Source of the DNA: Octopus vulgaris
Lineage: Eukaryota
Length of the DNA stretch: 64,000 nucleotides
Assembly (NCBI GenBank): GCA_951406725.2
Contig: OX597815.1
Location: 109,802,001 to 109,866,000, forward strand
Direction: 5' to 3'
The translations under genes were made by a program, and so were the position numbers. Shown piece after piece: positions 22,807 through 38,149 of the stretch. Position 1 is the first letter of the stretch. Every line of letters begins with the position of its first letter. The notes beneath the pieces were generated by a model. It searched no databases, had not been told where the DNA came from, and saw nothing but the letters and a program-made list of their open reading frames with translations.

Positions 22807-24515
22807 CAGATAGATATACAGATAGATAGATAGATAGGTATACATATATTTTTACATACATATGTGTATGTATATATATATATATCTATATATATATGTA
22901 TTCGTGTGTCAGCATGTGTGAACTCAGTTTGCCTCATTCGCTGTTACTCTCCCTTCTCTTTCTCTCTCTCGCTTATCACTCTCTCCTTCACTTTCTCTCT
23001 TTTACTTTCCTTCAGTCTCTCACTCTCCCTCTTTCGCTTTCTCTACTTCACTCTCCCTCATACTTTTTCTCTCTTCCTCTCTCCCTCACTCCCTCTCTCT
23101 CTCTCTGTTCCCACGTATCCACACTGAGATCCACATTCTGTGTCTTCGCTTCCGGTCCTTTAATCCCAGACCACAACTTTCATTCTGCCATTTCACTTGC
23201 CATGTAAACAGACTTCTTAAATTCACTATCATAATTATTTCTTTCGTCTTGTTTCTTTTTCTTCCTTTTCATGAACTGAATCACTCGAGATATTAAATTC
23301 TCTTCTTTTTTTCCGTTGCCTTATTGATCTTCACTGTACACATCTATGACTGTTGGTTTTTGAACTTTATATTTCTACACATTCATAGACGTAAGCATAT
23401 TAATAGAGGTTGTCAAGCGGTTGTAGGAAGCAAGTACAGAAACCCGCGTATGCGCATGCGACGAGCTGCTTTCAGTTTCCGACTACTGAATTCACTCATA
23501 AGGCTTTAGTATGCTCGGTGGTACACTAGAAATCGCTCGAACTAGATTCCACGTAATAGGACTGAGCGCAGTTGGGAAGCAATCACCAATTCTTGGAACC
23601 TTAATTAGCGAATCCTTGGAATCTTTCACAAAAATTCACTCCTAATCGGTCTTGCTTGGTAAACACAAATCGCGTTGATTTGTTCTTTCCTGAAGAGCAC
23701 AAGCATTTCTATACTTTAATGCAAACCTTATGTTGCATAAACCAGTGTAGATATAATAACACTTAAATATGTACATCAATACATAGTAAGCTCCCTACAT
23801 ATGTTCTACGTTTCCCCAATTTCTGACGAAGCATATGTAATCCTGTGTGGGTATTCCTCGAGTTTCTGCAGATTTCTATGTCCCAAATTTCTTTCACAAG
23901 ATGAGCAACATGTTATGGTATCTCGCAAAGGGGGATAATTCTATCATATTTTTGGCTAGTATTTTTTACAAGACCAAGTTACACACGCTCATTGATAGGG
24001 CTCATATCACCAACAGGTAAACACCTGCTCAGGCACAGAGAGAAGCAATATGATCGAGAGAGAGGAGAAGAGAGACAGAAGAGAAGAACTTAACATCAAT
24101 CTGAATTAAATGGAAGAGGGAACTGCATTTCCTTTGCCTCTCTTACAAGGGACTCTGTGTATGTTATAAGAGACTCTATATAAATGTACATGATATATAT
24201 GTACATATATAATCTATATATAATTTATGTATATCTATAATTATACATACGAACCTAGATATATATATATATATATATAAAAAGTATATGCAAGTACACA
24301 TATACCTACGCATATATATATAAATATATATATACATATATACGTATGTATATGTGTATTTGCATGCACTTATATATATATACACATGTATGTATATATG
24401 TACTTGCATACACTTATATATATATATATATATATCTATATGTATGTATATATATGTGTATATATTTATACATATATATATGTGTGTATGTGTGTGTGTG
24501 CGTATGTGTGTGTGA

Positions 24516-24615
<100 letters not shown>

Positions 24616-25459
24616 GCATACACATACACACACACACACACTTACACACACAAACATAATATATACATTAACACAAATACATACATACATACATACATAC
24701 ATACATACATACATACATACATACATACATACATACATACATACATACATACATACATTGCCGTGCGCTGAAACACAAAGAAGAATATTATTCCGATTAT
24801 AGGTTGCATAGGTTGGTGAGATAGTAATGGCTAGTTTGAGAGGTGGTGAGTTATTGAAGTGTTTTCGAGTTAAAAGTAATCCTAATGATGCTTTTTATAA
24901 GCGTAGTGTTATAGGACCTGAAAGGAAAAGAAAAACGAAAATTATAACGATAAAGAGAAAAGGGAACATAGATAAAAATATAGAACGAGCAAGGGTCGAA
25001 CACAATAAGCCCTACCACAAAAACACGAAGAACAAAACAACGATAATAACAGCAGCACCATCTGCAACAAAAACAACAACAATAATAATAGATAACAAAA
25101 AAAAAATTCATGACGTTCAGAGAACAACGTAAGGCAAATACGAATACGTAGACACACACAATTACAAGCTTATTCATGGTTACGTATATTCAAGCATGAG
25201 GCATACATACACACGCACGCACACTCACACACACACATACGCACACACACAAATGCACACACACACACGCACGCACACACAAACGCACACACACAAATAT
25301 ACATACATACATATATATATATATAAATATATGCTATGCATACACTGCTAGGTTTCAATATGCACTATTTTAATGTTTAATTGAACCAACTTCTATCAAG
25401 AATGTGTGTGTGTGTGTGTGAGTGTGTATGTGCATATTTATGCTTGAATACACACACAT

Positions 25460-25537
<78 letters not shown>

Positions 25538-25644
25538 GCACTGGATATATGTTATAGACACATAAATTTGTGTGTATGCATATATATATAAGTATATATT
25601 CACATATATATACATAAATTTATATACATATATATATACATATA

Positions 25645-25695
<51 letters not shown>

Positions 25696-26194
25696 GTACA
25701 TATATATATATAGATATACGTGTGTGTGTGTATGTGTGTAACGCCTTAGTCATATTTGTGTCTCATTCGTACTCAAACCACACACACAAAACACACATAT
25801 AAACACACGCTAACATATTTGCATGCACACAAATAAGTATAAATATTGCTCTCTGTCTCTCTCTTTCTTTCTTTCTCTCTGTATATGTATGTTCGTGTGT
25901 ATGTGTGTGAGTTCACAAACAGATAGATTCAGGGATCAGAACGAAGATGCATGCGTAACTCATTTTGGTTTATACGCTGTGGCTATTAAATATAACTGCT
26001 TCCAAAGAGGTTAGAATGTGAAGCTGTTAATGGAAAGAGGCGTGTCACATCAGGCCGATCCTATCATGTCAGAAAAAGATATGATCCAAGCTATGGGCGT
26101 TACCAACGCCGACATCTACCACACCTTGTAGGACAAGTATACAATTATTACTTAATAGAGATGAGAAAAAGATAACTTAATAAAGAGAAGATAG

Positions 26195-26229
<35 letters not shown>

Positions 26230-26726
26230 GTGTGTAAATGAAAAGAAAAAGTAAATGAGAAAGAGAAGAAATGAAGTCCGTGCGATTGTGAGTGATAGAG
26301 TTTCTGTATGTATGAATGTGTTTGTGGCTGTGTGTGATTGAATGAGACAGCGTGGGTGACAGAGAGACGAAGAACAACCGGTCATAGTTACTAACCTTAA
26401 AAAAAAAAAAAAGGTAAAAGGGCAAATGGTGAGGAGGGGTTGTGAGACATTGGTTGGAAGAATCTCCAACATGAAAGAAACTATTTGCAATATTTGGACA
26501 TATGGAGTTGTTGACGTACAAATATGACGACGGAAAATATGAGATTTTTTTTTTTTTTAAGCTCACCTTTCCGAGTACGAATGGAGGTTACAGCTATCAC
26601 TTAAATACATAAATAAAAGAATAAAATAAGACAGTAACATATGAAACGTGTATTCAAATAAACACTCACATACATACGTATATACATATGTACATACACA
26701 CACAAACGCACGCCCACACACTCGTA

Positions 26727-26784
<58 letters not shown>

Positions 26785-26929
26785 TGTATGTGTGTGTATG
26801 TGTGAGTGTGTGTGTGTATATATATATATATGTACGCACATCTAAATATATACATATATATATATATATATATATTTATACACATAAATACATACATACT
26901 CTAATGCAACGTATCATTAGATGAATTGA

Positions 26930-27905
26930 TGAGCGTATATGAGCAGAAGACCATGCAGGGATATGTTAGTAACAAGCTCCGAGATGGTGGTAACATTGAT
27001 CATGAAAGTAGTCTATCATGGACTAACAACTGAATTACTACCTCCCACCTTGAAAGCAACAGGAAATATCAACCAAATACCTGATGCACAAAAGGGCTAG
27101 AGATGCAGGAAAAGCAGCAAAATGTGACAACCGATGCAGACTTTGTGGAGTTCACACTGAAGATATCACCAACATCTTAAGCAGCTGTCCGAAAATGTCA
27201 TCACGGTATTATCTGCCGATGAGACATGATGTTGTTTGGACACTATATAATGAAATCCGTCGGAAGGATAACCCCGAGGACAAAGAAAAAAGAACCCACA
27301 GTATGCTAGAAGACATAGCTACTCATAATAAAAAAAGAGTAGTGATGAAAGCTTCAACATAATATAAGCACAATATACCTGATATAATGATTTGGGATTG
27401 AGAAGACCAATTGTGCACAGTAGAAATCACCTGCCCAGTGGATGCTAACATAAAGCTGAAGATCAGTGAAAAAGAAAATAACTATGCTGAACTATTGAGA
27501 AATCTGCAGTTACTCTATCTAGATAACAATGTCGGGTTTATACATGCACTTATTGGAGCACTGAGACATGTAACACATTGCTTAAATTTCAATCTTGAAA
27601 AATTAGGCATCTCAAAACCAGAAAGAAGAAAGCTGATTCGAAGATTACAGATCCAAGCCATCAGTAGAGCCGTAAAAATCTGTAAAACTTTCCAGACGTT
27701 TATCATTTAAGTATATATGAGCATATCTAGATATGCGAGTATATGCATGAGAAAACATATATAAAGCAAATCATACAAATCTGGACATATACATACATAC
27801 AAAAATACCCTGTTAATGTTGAAATTCCAATGAATGAGCCTTGGATCTAGGTTATAAACCGGCTCTTTCTCTATTGGCAAGAGATCTTGAAATAAAACTG
27901 AATAA
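26930..27905 (+). mobile_element. 3' end of an RLE-type (R4/Dong/NeSL-like) LINE
   Basis: Zinc knuckle CRLCG...(H lost)...SSCP, RHD motif, endonuclease PDIMIW...VEITCP...K...Y, terminal LQIQAISRAVKICKTF*; followed by a (TACA)n tract. Confidence 0.85.
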
Positions 27906-27994
27906 TGACATGCATACATACATACATACATTCATACATACATACATACATACATACATACATACATACATACATACATACATACATACATACA

Positions 27995-28025
<31 letters not shown>

Positions 28026-28731
28026 CTGCATGCATACATACATATTGTACTGAAAATACGACAATAATTCTTGCCATTTTTGCTCGTATTTCCTTGAAAT
28101 CCTTGCAATTTGGAACACTTTCATCAACAGTGTCTCTAGACTTCCTTCGTCCCATCTTCAGAATGGAGCCATTTTTGCGTATTTGTAGCCTTTTTTTTTA
28201 CAGTGAACTGGTTAATGCGGTTCGCGTAAACATACAGCCGCAGGTAGGATGTTTATCGTTAGATATAATGTCAGAAAAAAATCTGGTTCTCTCGTTGCAT
28301 TCTTGCTATTCTATCAAGTGGTCTGATTCTTGATGCTGTCTAGAATGTCTGTATGTGTTGCAGCAGTACCATTTCAAATGTAGAATTAGTGCCCTATTTC
28401 GCATCTTCCCGGCACATTAAGTTACTTAAAACAAAGGCTATTCCCAATATATATAGAAACGATGCTGCTGCAATACCCTTCTCTGTTTAATTTTTAAACT
28501 AAATTCAGTAGTAAAAAAATGTGATTAGGATAATTAGGAAACACATCAGCAAAATAATTGGTTACCTAAGCAGAAGTTCTCGGCTAAAAATAGAAGACCA
28601 AATAAGAAGTCCGTTTGGTGCGTCCCAGTTAACAATCAGAAAGCAAAATGTAATGTCGTTGGTGTTGTTAAACCCCTGTTCCAGCAGATAATTGATCAGT
28701 GGCGCTCCATCCATTATCATGACTTTAATTC

Positions 28732-28815
<84 letters not shown>

Positions 28816-28912
28816 AATTAGATCCGGGCAAAAAATTTGTAGTATGCTATGCAAACCTCGTCCACAGTTATTCATCTTATAGTGGAAATGCTTTCTACTA
28901 GACACACACACA

Positions 28913-29000
<88 letters not shown>

Positions 29001-29789
29001 TGATTAAATGAAAAGGGAACCAGAATTACATATTCAACACCATTATCTTACCGCTGTTTCTGCAACAAGAAGTGCTTTTAAAGTGAAATGCATGTGGATC
29101 ACCTTAGATCTCCTTGACAGCGTTCAAAACGAATTGTATGTTTATTTCTGAAAGCATTGAAGTACATAGAAAAGTTTACCTTCGAAACGATAAATATCCA
29201 TAAATAATGCAATGGTTATATTTTCCAATTTGTCTTTTGTAAGAAGAAAGATTTTCTTCCAGAGATATTTTGTTGTTGTTATTGCTAGGAGGTCGATGAA
29301 GATTATCTTTCATTGATTCGTTAAATCTAGCATTCTCTGTCGGTAATTTAGATAACTTATTGGATCATTCATTGATGAAAGTTAAATTCCTGCCGATCTA
29401 GACTCTTAATCACACCTCTCTATTGTGAATAACATGTTACGATGGAATTCCGTCGTTCGGTGATAAGGGTTCATTTGTTTAGTCACCTAAATTATCAACT
29501 CCTCAATCACGTAATTGTGCATTCTGTTGGCAGTTATAGACCCTCAATGTAATCCTTAAGCAGAATCATTGTGTGACAAAACTACATTTTGAAGGGCAGA
29601 TATAATCTACCAGACGAACTTACACAGATTCCATCAACTCAATTTTATTTAGAAGTTAAGGCTCAGACTGAGGTTGTCGGTTTCAATGTCGTATAAGCGA
29701 CTGAAATCGCATCAAAGAACCACACACCGGACCATCGCAGGTTTAACTTCGCAACTATTCCTGGAACTCATTTACGGCTGAGATAAGGA

Positions 29790-29910
29790 CTAGAGAAACG
29801 GGTAATTAAATGATTTTCTCTGGAATATAATGCACCGCCCAATCCGGGAATCAGAGCTATGATTTTATGAACGTAAGTGCAACACGCTAGCCCATACCAC
29901 GTGCATTTGC
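29790..29910 (-). mobile_element. SINE family C, degenerate head
   Basis: Reverse complement of a tRNA-like head (CCGGGAATCAGAGC...GTGCAACACGCTAGCCC). Confidence 0.5.
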
Positions 29911-30167
29911 ATGGCTCCAGCTGAGGCATTTTCTGATGTCATTCAGTGGGATCTCACACACGACCATGTGGCTGTGAAGGGATCACCTGAGCCATTCGGG
30001 GATATTGCGTCTACGGATAACATATGAATTAGTATTCAATAAGATCTATTTACTATATAGGCACAGTAATGGCTGAGTAGCCTGAAAATTACTTCGAAAT
30101 CATGTGTTCCTGGGTTCACACCCACTGTACGGAACCTTGGGTAAGTATCTTCTACTGTGTGTACGAG

Positions 30168-31034
<867 letters not shown>

Positions 31035-31038
31035 TGCA

Positions 31039-31094
<56 letters not shown>

Positions 31095-31228
31095 CAAAAC
31101 CCGACGGATTTCTTTCAGTTTTCGTCTACCTAATCCACTCACAAGGCTTTGGTAGACACGAGCACGAGCGCGTGCACACACACACGCGCGCATACATACA
31201 TACATACATACATACATACATACATACA

Positions 31229-31264
<36 letters not shown>

Positions 31265-31288
31265 TATATACATATACATATATATATA

Positions 31289-31331
<43 letters not shown>

Positions 31332-31859
31332 CAGAATGAGAAAAAAAGTCCAAGGCTGTGAAAAGTTTTCAGAACATTTATAAAGAGAAGATCTTACAGC
31401 TGTTTCCGGGATATTTCTTATATCAAATAGATATATATATATTATATATATATATATGTATATATATATGTATATATATATATATTATATATGTATTATA
31501 TATATATATGTATATATATATGTATATATATATGTATATGTATATATATATATATGTATATATATATGTATATATATATGTATATATATATATATATTCT
31601 ATCCTATTAATCTTTCACTTTTTCTCTGTTATTCTTCTACCTCCCCCTGTCCTCCTGTTCTTTATCACTTATCCTATCTCCAATTTTTTCCTTTCCCCTT
31701 CACAGTTCTCTGTCTGTCACTCTCTCTTCCTCACTCATCCTCCCTGGCTCATGTGGCTCCCACGTGACCATCGGCCAGCTTTCTTCTCCTAACTTGTGTT
31801 TCTTTCTCTTTGTTGTAGCTGGTCAATAGTTGTTGTTGTTGACAAACGGCGGCATTAAT

Positions 31860-32068
31860 TTTATTCAGTTGAATACACGTCATTGATTGGTTGAAATTAC
31901 CGAAATACGAGAACTTTAACGTGAAATAACTTCGTAAATATAAGTTTTTCTCAAAAATGCTAAGCGTAAGAATGTTTTATATGACACATTCTACCAATGT
32001 TCGAAGTTTGAAAGTGTTTAGTTACAAAAAATTATTTTTTAAATCTGTAGGTCAAAAAGTAAAGATCC
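31860..32068. mobile_element. Right-end fragment related to the 1160-1600 MITE
   Basis: Shares TGATTGGTTGAAATT, ACACATTCTACCA and TTTAGTTAC blocks with 1415-1560; ends AAAGATCC. Confidence 0.7.
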
Positions 32069-32105
32069 CTTGTACTTCAAGTACAAGGGATCTTTACTCC
32101 TTTAT

Positions 32106-32220
32106 TTCGTCTGTTACATATGTTTCCGAATTCGGTAACACATGATATCGCACTATAGATGGAATCCCTATGTGCACCTCATAAGAGTATGCATAAGCAA
32201 ACACATCGTCAGACAGCGAA
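32106..32220 (-). ncRNA. Type-I hammerhead ribozyme motif, long partly decayed helix II
   Basis: Minus strand: UUCGCUGU-CUGACGA-[UGUGUUUG...CGAAUUCG]-GAAA-CAUAUG-UA^-ACAGACGAA; helix III is the palindrome ACAUAUGU. Confidence 0.7.
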
Positions 32221-32639
32221 GCGATAAATGCCTCTACTCTCTTCCTCCTATGTATTAGTGTCCGTTCGTGTGCCATTAACATTTACTGGGCCGTTCATGT
32301 TATTATCAGTTTTCATCGTATTAAAATGTTCGAGACCAATGTTCAAGGAAAAGATGTTAGAACTCAGAACTCAAACCAACAAAACCATCATCAGTTTTAG
32401 TGCTATCACGACTTACTCTGTTGACGCGAGTTAATCTTTTGGCCCCTGTTTGCAGTTGGGTGAGCCTATTGAGCGTGAAAGAGATTAGCTTCAAGGGCAC
32501 GAGAAAACGTACAGCTTGCGACCAGAGATAAGTTGTCCTCGTTGGCCAGTATCCATTCTGAATATACGATACGAATTCCTAATGAATAATGAATAAATGC
32601 GGTCAAAGAAGGCGGAATAAGTGGTATAGACGAAAAGGA

Positions 32640-32826
32640 ACGACGATGATGACGATGAGAAGAAGAAGAAGAAGAAGAAGAAGAAGAAGAAGAAGAAGAA
32701 GAAGAAGAAGAAGAAGAAGAAGAAGAAGAAGAAGAAGAAGAACAAGAACAAGAACAAGAACAACAAGAACAACAAGAACAACAACAACAACAACAACAAC
32801 AACGACGACGACGACGACGACAACGA
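32640..32826. repeat. (GAA)n-(CAA)n-(CGA)n compound microsatellite
   Basis: Direct inspection. Confidence 0.92.
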
Positions 32827-33109
32827 AAAGAAGAAGAATGAGGAAGCAAAAAGAGAAGGAGGAGGGAGAAGAGAGGTCGGATGATTTCAAATAGATTTCA
32901 GTTAAGAATTAAAGTATCAAACTCGTCCAGTATGACCTGAGGGCAAAAGAACAAGAAGAGCAAGAGCAACGTAACCACCACCAGTAGAAGAAGCTCAACA
33001 ACAATAGCATCAACAAAAAATAAAAGCAAAATAAGTCCACAACACCTAGACACAACAAAAAAACGCTGTAATGACAAAAACGGGTAGAATTATTCGTGTG
33101 TGTGTATAC

Positions 33110-33161
<52 letters not shown>

Positions 33162-34155
33162 GTGTGTGTGTGTGTGATGTACGTATATATATACATATAC
33201 ATATATATATATATGCAAAAAGTGAAGGAGAGAGAGAGAGAGAGATGGAGAGGGCGACTGACTTACTTTGCTTTCACAAGGCGAGTTTAATAGAAAGTAA
33301 CGTAACTTGAACGATTTAACACGAAGGCTTCAAATGAATTGTGTTATACTACAACAAATAGGTAGGTTGAACGATTCGTGATAGGGATGTAGACAGCGGT
33401 AAATAAGGGTTTTAATGATACGATACTTTTTCTTTTTTTCTTGTTTCCATGGCATTGGCATCTAAAATGGTTGTGTTGGAGGTCAGGTATTTCCCAATGA
33501 ATCACTCTCTAATTCATCGCCTTTTATCTTTCACAAAGTATTTGTCTTGAAGTAACCCTGCTGCGTTGGGTTATTATTTTTTTGTATTTTATTCTAAATT
33601 TATTTTATTTTTTATTATTATTTTAATATTATTTTATTCTAGTTTATTACATTTTTTCGCTTAAATTTTATAAGCTCTTTTTTTTGGTTTTTCTTTTTGG
33701 CATTTTCAAATAGTCTCGCACTTTCATTGTTAGTTAACCAATGTGTATGGGTTTTGTACGTATGTATTCGTGTATGTCTTTGCGTATATGTTTGTAAGTG
33801 TATATCTATTATACGCACACACATCCATCCATCCGTCCACACATACATACATACATACATACATACATACATACATACATACATACATACATACATGCAT
33901 ACATACATACGTACAACGTACATACATATATGTGTGTGTGTATAATTATACACATATACCCATGCGTATATACGTATACACATATGCACACTCAGATGTA
34001 TGCAACCGTACATGCATACGTTCATACACACACACACACATGCGTACGTCCATTTTCTTCTACTGAAACAAGAAGACGAGAAAGAATGAATAAGAAATAT
34101 AGCCACACTAACGAAATACAATGTGTGTGTGGGATGCTTTGAGAGAAAGAGGGAA

Positions 34156-34200
<45 letters not shown>

Positions 34201-35014
34201 AAAGAATAGGAAAAGGGAACTATATATATATACGTTTCTCTCTATAGAGACAAGGATTATGGAACACAAGGTTTGAATTTGAATTAAAGTAAAAGGGATG
34301 AAAAAAAAAAAAGAAAAGACAACACTTTTGAAAAAAGAAAAAAACACTTTTGAAAAGCTATTTTTCTTAACTCCATATCCTCAGTACCTCTGATGGTACC
34401 CTCAATACATATCATTTTTACCCCTATATTTTCAGTATAATAGCTATCGTACTTCATTATCTGTTAATTACCTTCGAATACCTGTTTCTGAGCGAAGGAG
34501 TGAGCATCTGCATGGTTGTTCCATCTGCTAGAAGTAGAAACGGAATCTCTCTCAATGCACACAACGCCGTGTTAAAAAGTGAGACGTTAGATAATGTGGT
34601 ATATAATATGCTCTGCTTTCGGAAGTAAGACGTGCTGGTTGCGGCTGGAATAGGTTGGGTTTTAAGTCTCCTCAATGAGAGCTGTCCTTGGGTTAAAAAC
34701 AACAAACACTAATACCTGCTTTGTAACACTAACCTGTCATTCCTGTTATTTTGTCCTAAAGACATGTTATCTTACTCCAATCCCTGTTATTTCATACAAG
34801 CTACTAAATCACTTGAGTAAATAACTTGAATACATAAATTGGATACGGTGAGCACTAAGGCGCATGTGTGTGTGTGTGTGTGTTATGCGCATGTTAGCAT
34901 GTTACTGTCGTAAAAAATTGAAAGCAAATGAAATTTGTTTGCGATAGAAACCTGAAGTGACGACAAAGACAAATCTGTAATTTCATATAGACTCTGTGAC
35001 GTTCCAATGTATCC

Positions 35015-35082
<68 letters not shown>

Positions 35083-36217
35083 AAGACATAATATTTATCC
35101 CTACCTAAATGCGGATCTTCTGTTAGGACAAACTATACTGCGCTGGATACCATGAAAGAATCTCTCATGTTGACGTTTTTAGTGCAAAATGCTCTCTTGT
35201 TTATATCAGTAGCAGGGGGATAAATCCGCACCACATCCAGCACCGAGACCACCAGATTACATAATTTTTATATTTGATATAATATGAAAACCGTACATAT
35301 GTTTTCTATAATATGAAAACAATCACATTTATGAAAAAACATAATCGTCATTGATACGCAAAATGAGTTTCGTAAATGAATTTTCACGATCTCTAAATTT
35401 GTATCGTCTCATATTCTCACGAAGACATGTCGTTAATAAATCATCGCTAATTTCACATTGTTGCCTAATTTTCTTCTTGGCGTGCATCAATGACTGTCAT
35501 CGCTTGAATCAATAAAATTGAAGGAATGGTTGACAACTTATAAGTATAGATGTTGCTGAGACCCGCATAGGAAACCCACCCATCAGATATCAAACGTGTT
35601 TCATGAAATTTTGGTTTATCATTGTGATCAATTGCAGATTCTATTGCAATCTACTTTCATTTTTAATGGACAATATATTTTCAGTATTTCACGACGGTAA
35701 ATTGCATGTTAACCTTACATTTGTAATCGTAGATATAAACGTGTTTCTATACATTCCTTTATGAATACATGTATGAGCGTTTATGTTTCTACGCTTGTGT
35801 TTGTATATGTGTGCATGTGTGTGTATGTATGCGAGTGCGTGTGTATGTAAGTGTGTGTGTGTAAACGTGCGGGATATGCGCATGTGTTTATGTTTACGAA
35901 CATGTACATTCGACACGTGCGCGCATACACACACACAGACTCTATTCTGGACATACACACGTCACTGACAATTTAGTACTGTTCATTTTTGAAGCTATAA
36001 CATTGCATAGAATAAATAGATCCTAACCTCCATCGAAAGTATAAATTAAACACATTGGTCAGTCATAAATAAACGTTTGTATTCAATCTGACTGTAGATA
36101 GTTAGATATATATAATCAATCGATGACGAAATCTCAATAAAAATTAGACCAGGAGGAGCTGATCACTCTTTTTCATATATGTATAGCTATATTTATATGC
36201 ACACACAGATACACATA

Positions 36218-36279
<62 letters not shown>

Positions 36280-37299
36280 AGTGAGTGTGTGTATATATAT
36301 ATATATATGTGCATATATATATGCATGTTTATATACATGTATATATGCATGTGTGTGTGTGTTTGTGTGTGTCATAAAAAACTTTTAGATCAAATATATT
36401 TGTGACAAATTGTAACTGTAATAAAGCCATTTTCACTGCAAATTGCCGTGGAGAAAAAATTCGCTTTAGGTAACAGGTGCTGAAACGCCAGCAGTCATCT
36501 CAGGACACTCTCTATAAACCGATGAATACGTGCGTGCGGGCGCCTACGTGAGTGTGCGTGTGTGTCGAACTGCTGTTGTATCTATCGTTGCTTAGAGCAT
36601 GAGCATTAGCCCTGACAATGCATCCTTCATGTTTCTTCGCATTAACGAATTGGTCAAGGGCTAATCTCACCGCAAGCAGGTCGATTGCAATAACTCTCCT
36701 TAGAGCCGTTCGTAAGTTTCTAATATTCTAAGTCCCCCTATTTCTCTCTATTTTTCTCTATTGCTTCCACGTTACAAAACCTTAACGATTCTACACCAAT
36801 CGCTTTTTTTTTTCAGAGCCAATCACTATTTGTCGTTGAAGGTTGCAATCATTAGCACCCCTTAACTAATTCGCTAATCGGGTCTCTGTAAACTTGGCGC
36901 AACGTGAGCAACACGTTATCAACCTGATCTCTGCGTAGGAAACGAGTTTATGACGATTGTACAGATCACAAATTTGTGGTTAGTGTAGGCGTTTATATTA
37001 AAACAACGACAACCTAAGCGACCCTTATCCACTAACCTACAGGATACTATCAAGAGGTGGAATTTTCAGGTGTGTTTAATCAACAATTTAAACTTTCTTC
37101 TACCTCTCTGTCACTGCCATTGTTACTTTCACTTGTAGTGTCGTATTCATTTTGATTGTTATTGTTGTTGTTGTTATAGTTGTTGCTGTATATGTTGTTG
37201 CTGTTATTGTTACTGTTGTTGTTTTTCTTGTTGCTGCTGCCGCTGCTATTGATAGTGTTATTACTGTCCTTTTTTCTTTTTTTTTTTGTATTAGAACAT

Positions 37300-37470
37300 A
37301 GGCGAAGGAGTGGCAGTGTGGTAAGTAACTTGCCTACCAACCACATAGTTCCGGGTTTAGTCCCACTGCGTGGCATCTTGGGCATGTGTCTTCTACTATA
37401 GCCTCGGGCCGACCAAAGTCTGTGAGTGGATTTGTTAGACGGAAATTGAAAGAAGCCCGTCGTATATATA

Positions 37471-37543
<73 letters not shown>

Positions 37544-37775
37544 AGGGGTGTATGTGTGTGTGTATGTATATGTTTGTGTGTCTGTGTTTGTCCACCCAAC
37601 ATCGCTTGACAACCGATGCTGGTGTGTTTACGTCCCCGTCCCTTAGCGGTTCGGCGGCAGAGACCGATAAAATAAGTACTAGGCTTACGAAGACTAAGTC
37701 CTGGGATCGATTTGCTCGACTAAAGGTGGTGCTCTAGCATGGCCGCAGTCAAATTACCGAAACAAATAAAAGAAA
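37300..37775 (+). mobile_element. Full-length tRNA-derived SINE family A with internal (TA)n/(TG)n tract
   Basis: Head GGCGAAGGAGTGGCAGTGTGGTAAG, B-box-like GGTTTAGTCCC, body CTTGGGCATGTGTCTTCTACTATAGCCTCGGGCCGACC, 3' half ending CCGAAACAAATAAAAG. Confidence 0.9.
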
Positions 37776-38149
37776 ATAAAATAAAAGTACTATATCTGTA
37801 GTATATTTTGTTGAATAGTGACTGCGAAAGACAGATTCAACTTCGAAGCCTCATCTCATATTCCTCTCTAGATGGACTTGCTGGCAAAGAGGCAGACATT
37901 TTAAAAATTACTCTATGTTTCAAAGTTTGTCTGTTTTTCTTTTTCTTATTTTTCTTTTTAATTCTGCACCGCTGGGCAAGTAACAAATACGGTTGATCAG
38001 ACCCTTATTGTTCTGGTCAAGCAAGAAACAAGTTTAAAAAAATAAAATCAACAAAGACAAAATTCTAAAATACAAAACAAAATCTAATGGAGTTTCCAAA
38101 ACACGTCCAGCATCGGCGATAAACGACAACAACAGCAAAAGCAAAGAAA

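Noticed and set aside
23800-23870. Plus-strand CTGACGA at 23823 as a hammerhead
   Set aside because: A possible helix II follows, but there is no GAAA, helix III or helix I partner.
27825-27870. AATGAATGAGCCTTGGATCTAGGTTATAAACCGGCTC in the RLE-LINE 3' UTR (similar to ~13420-13455 on minus) as a hammerhead
   Set aside because: Both core halves deviate from CUGANGA and GAAA; it cannot be supported without a family consensus.
32300-32400. Minus CTGATGA...GAAA pair as a further hammerhead
   Set aside because: No helix I or helix III complementarity.
34457-34705. Minus ORF as a host exon
   Set aside because: Weak acceptor and unrecognised peptide; it may be a decayed LINE endonuclease fragment.
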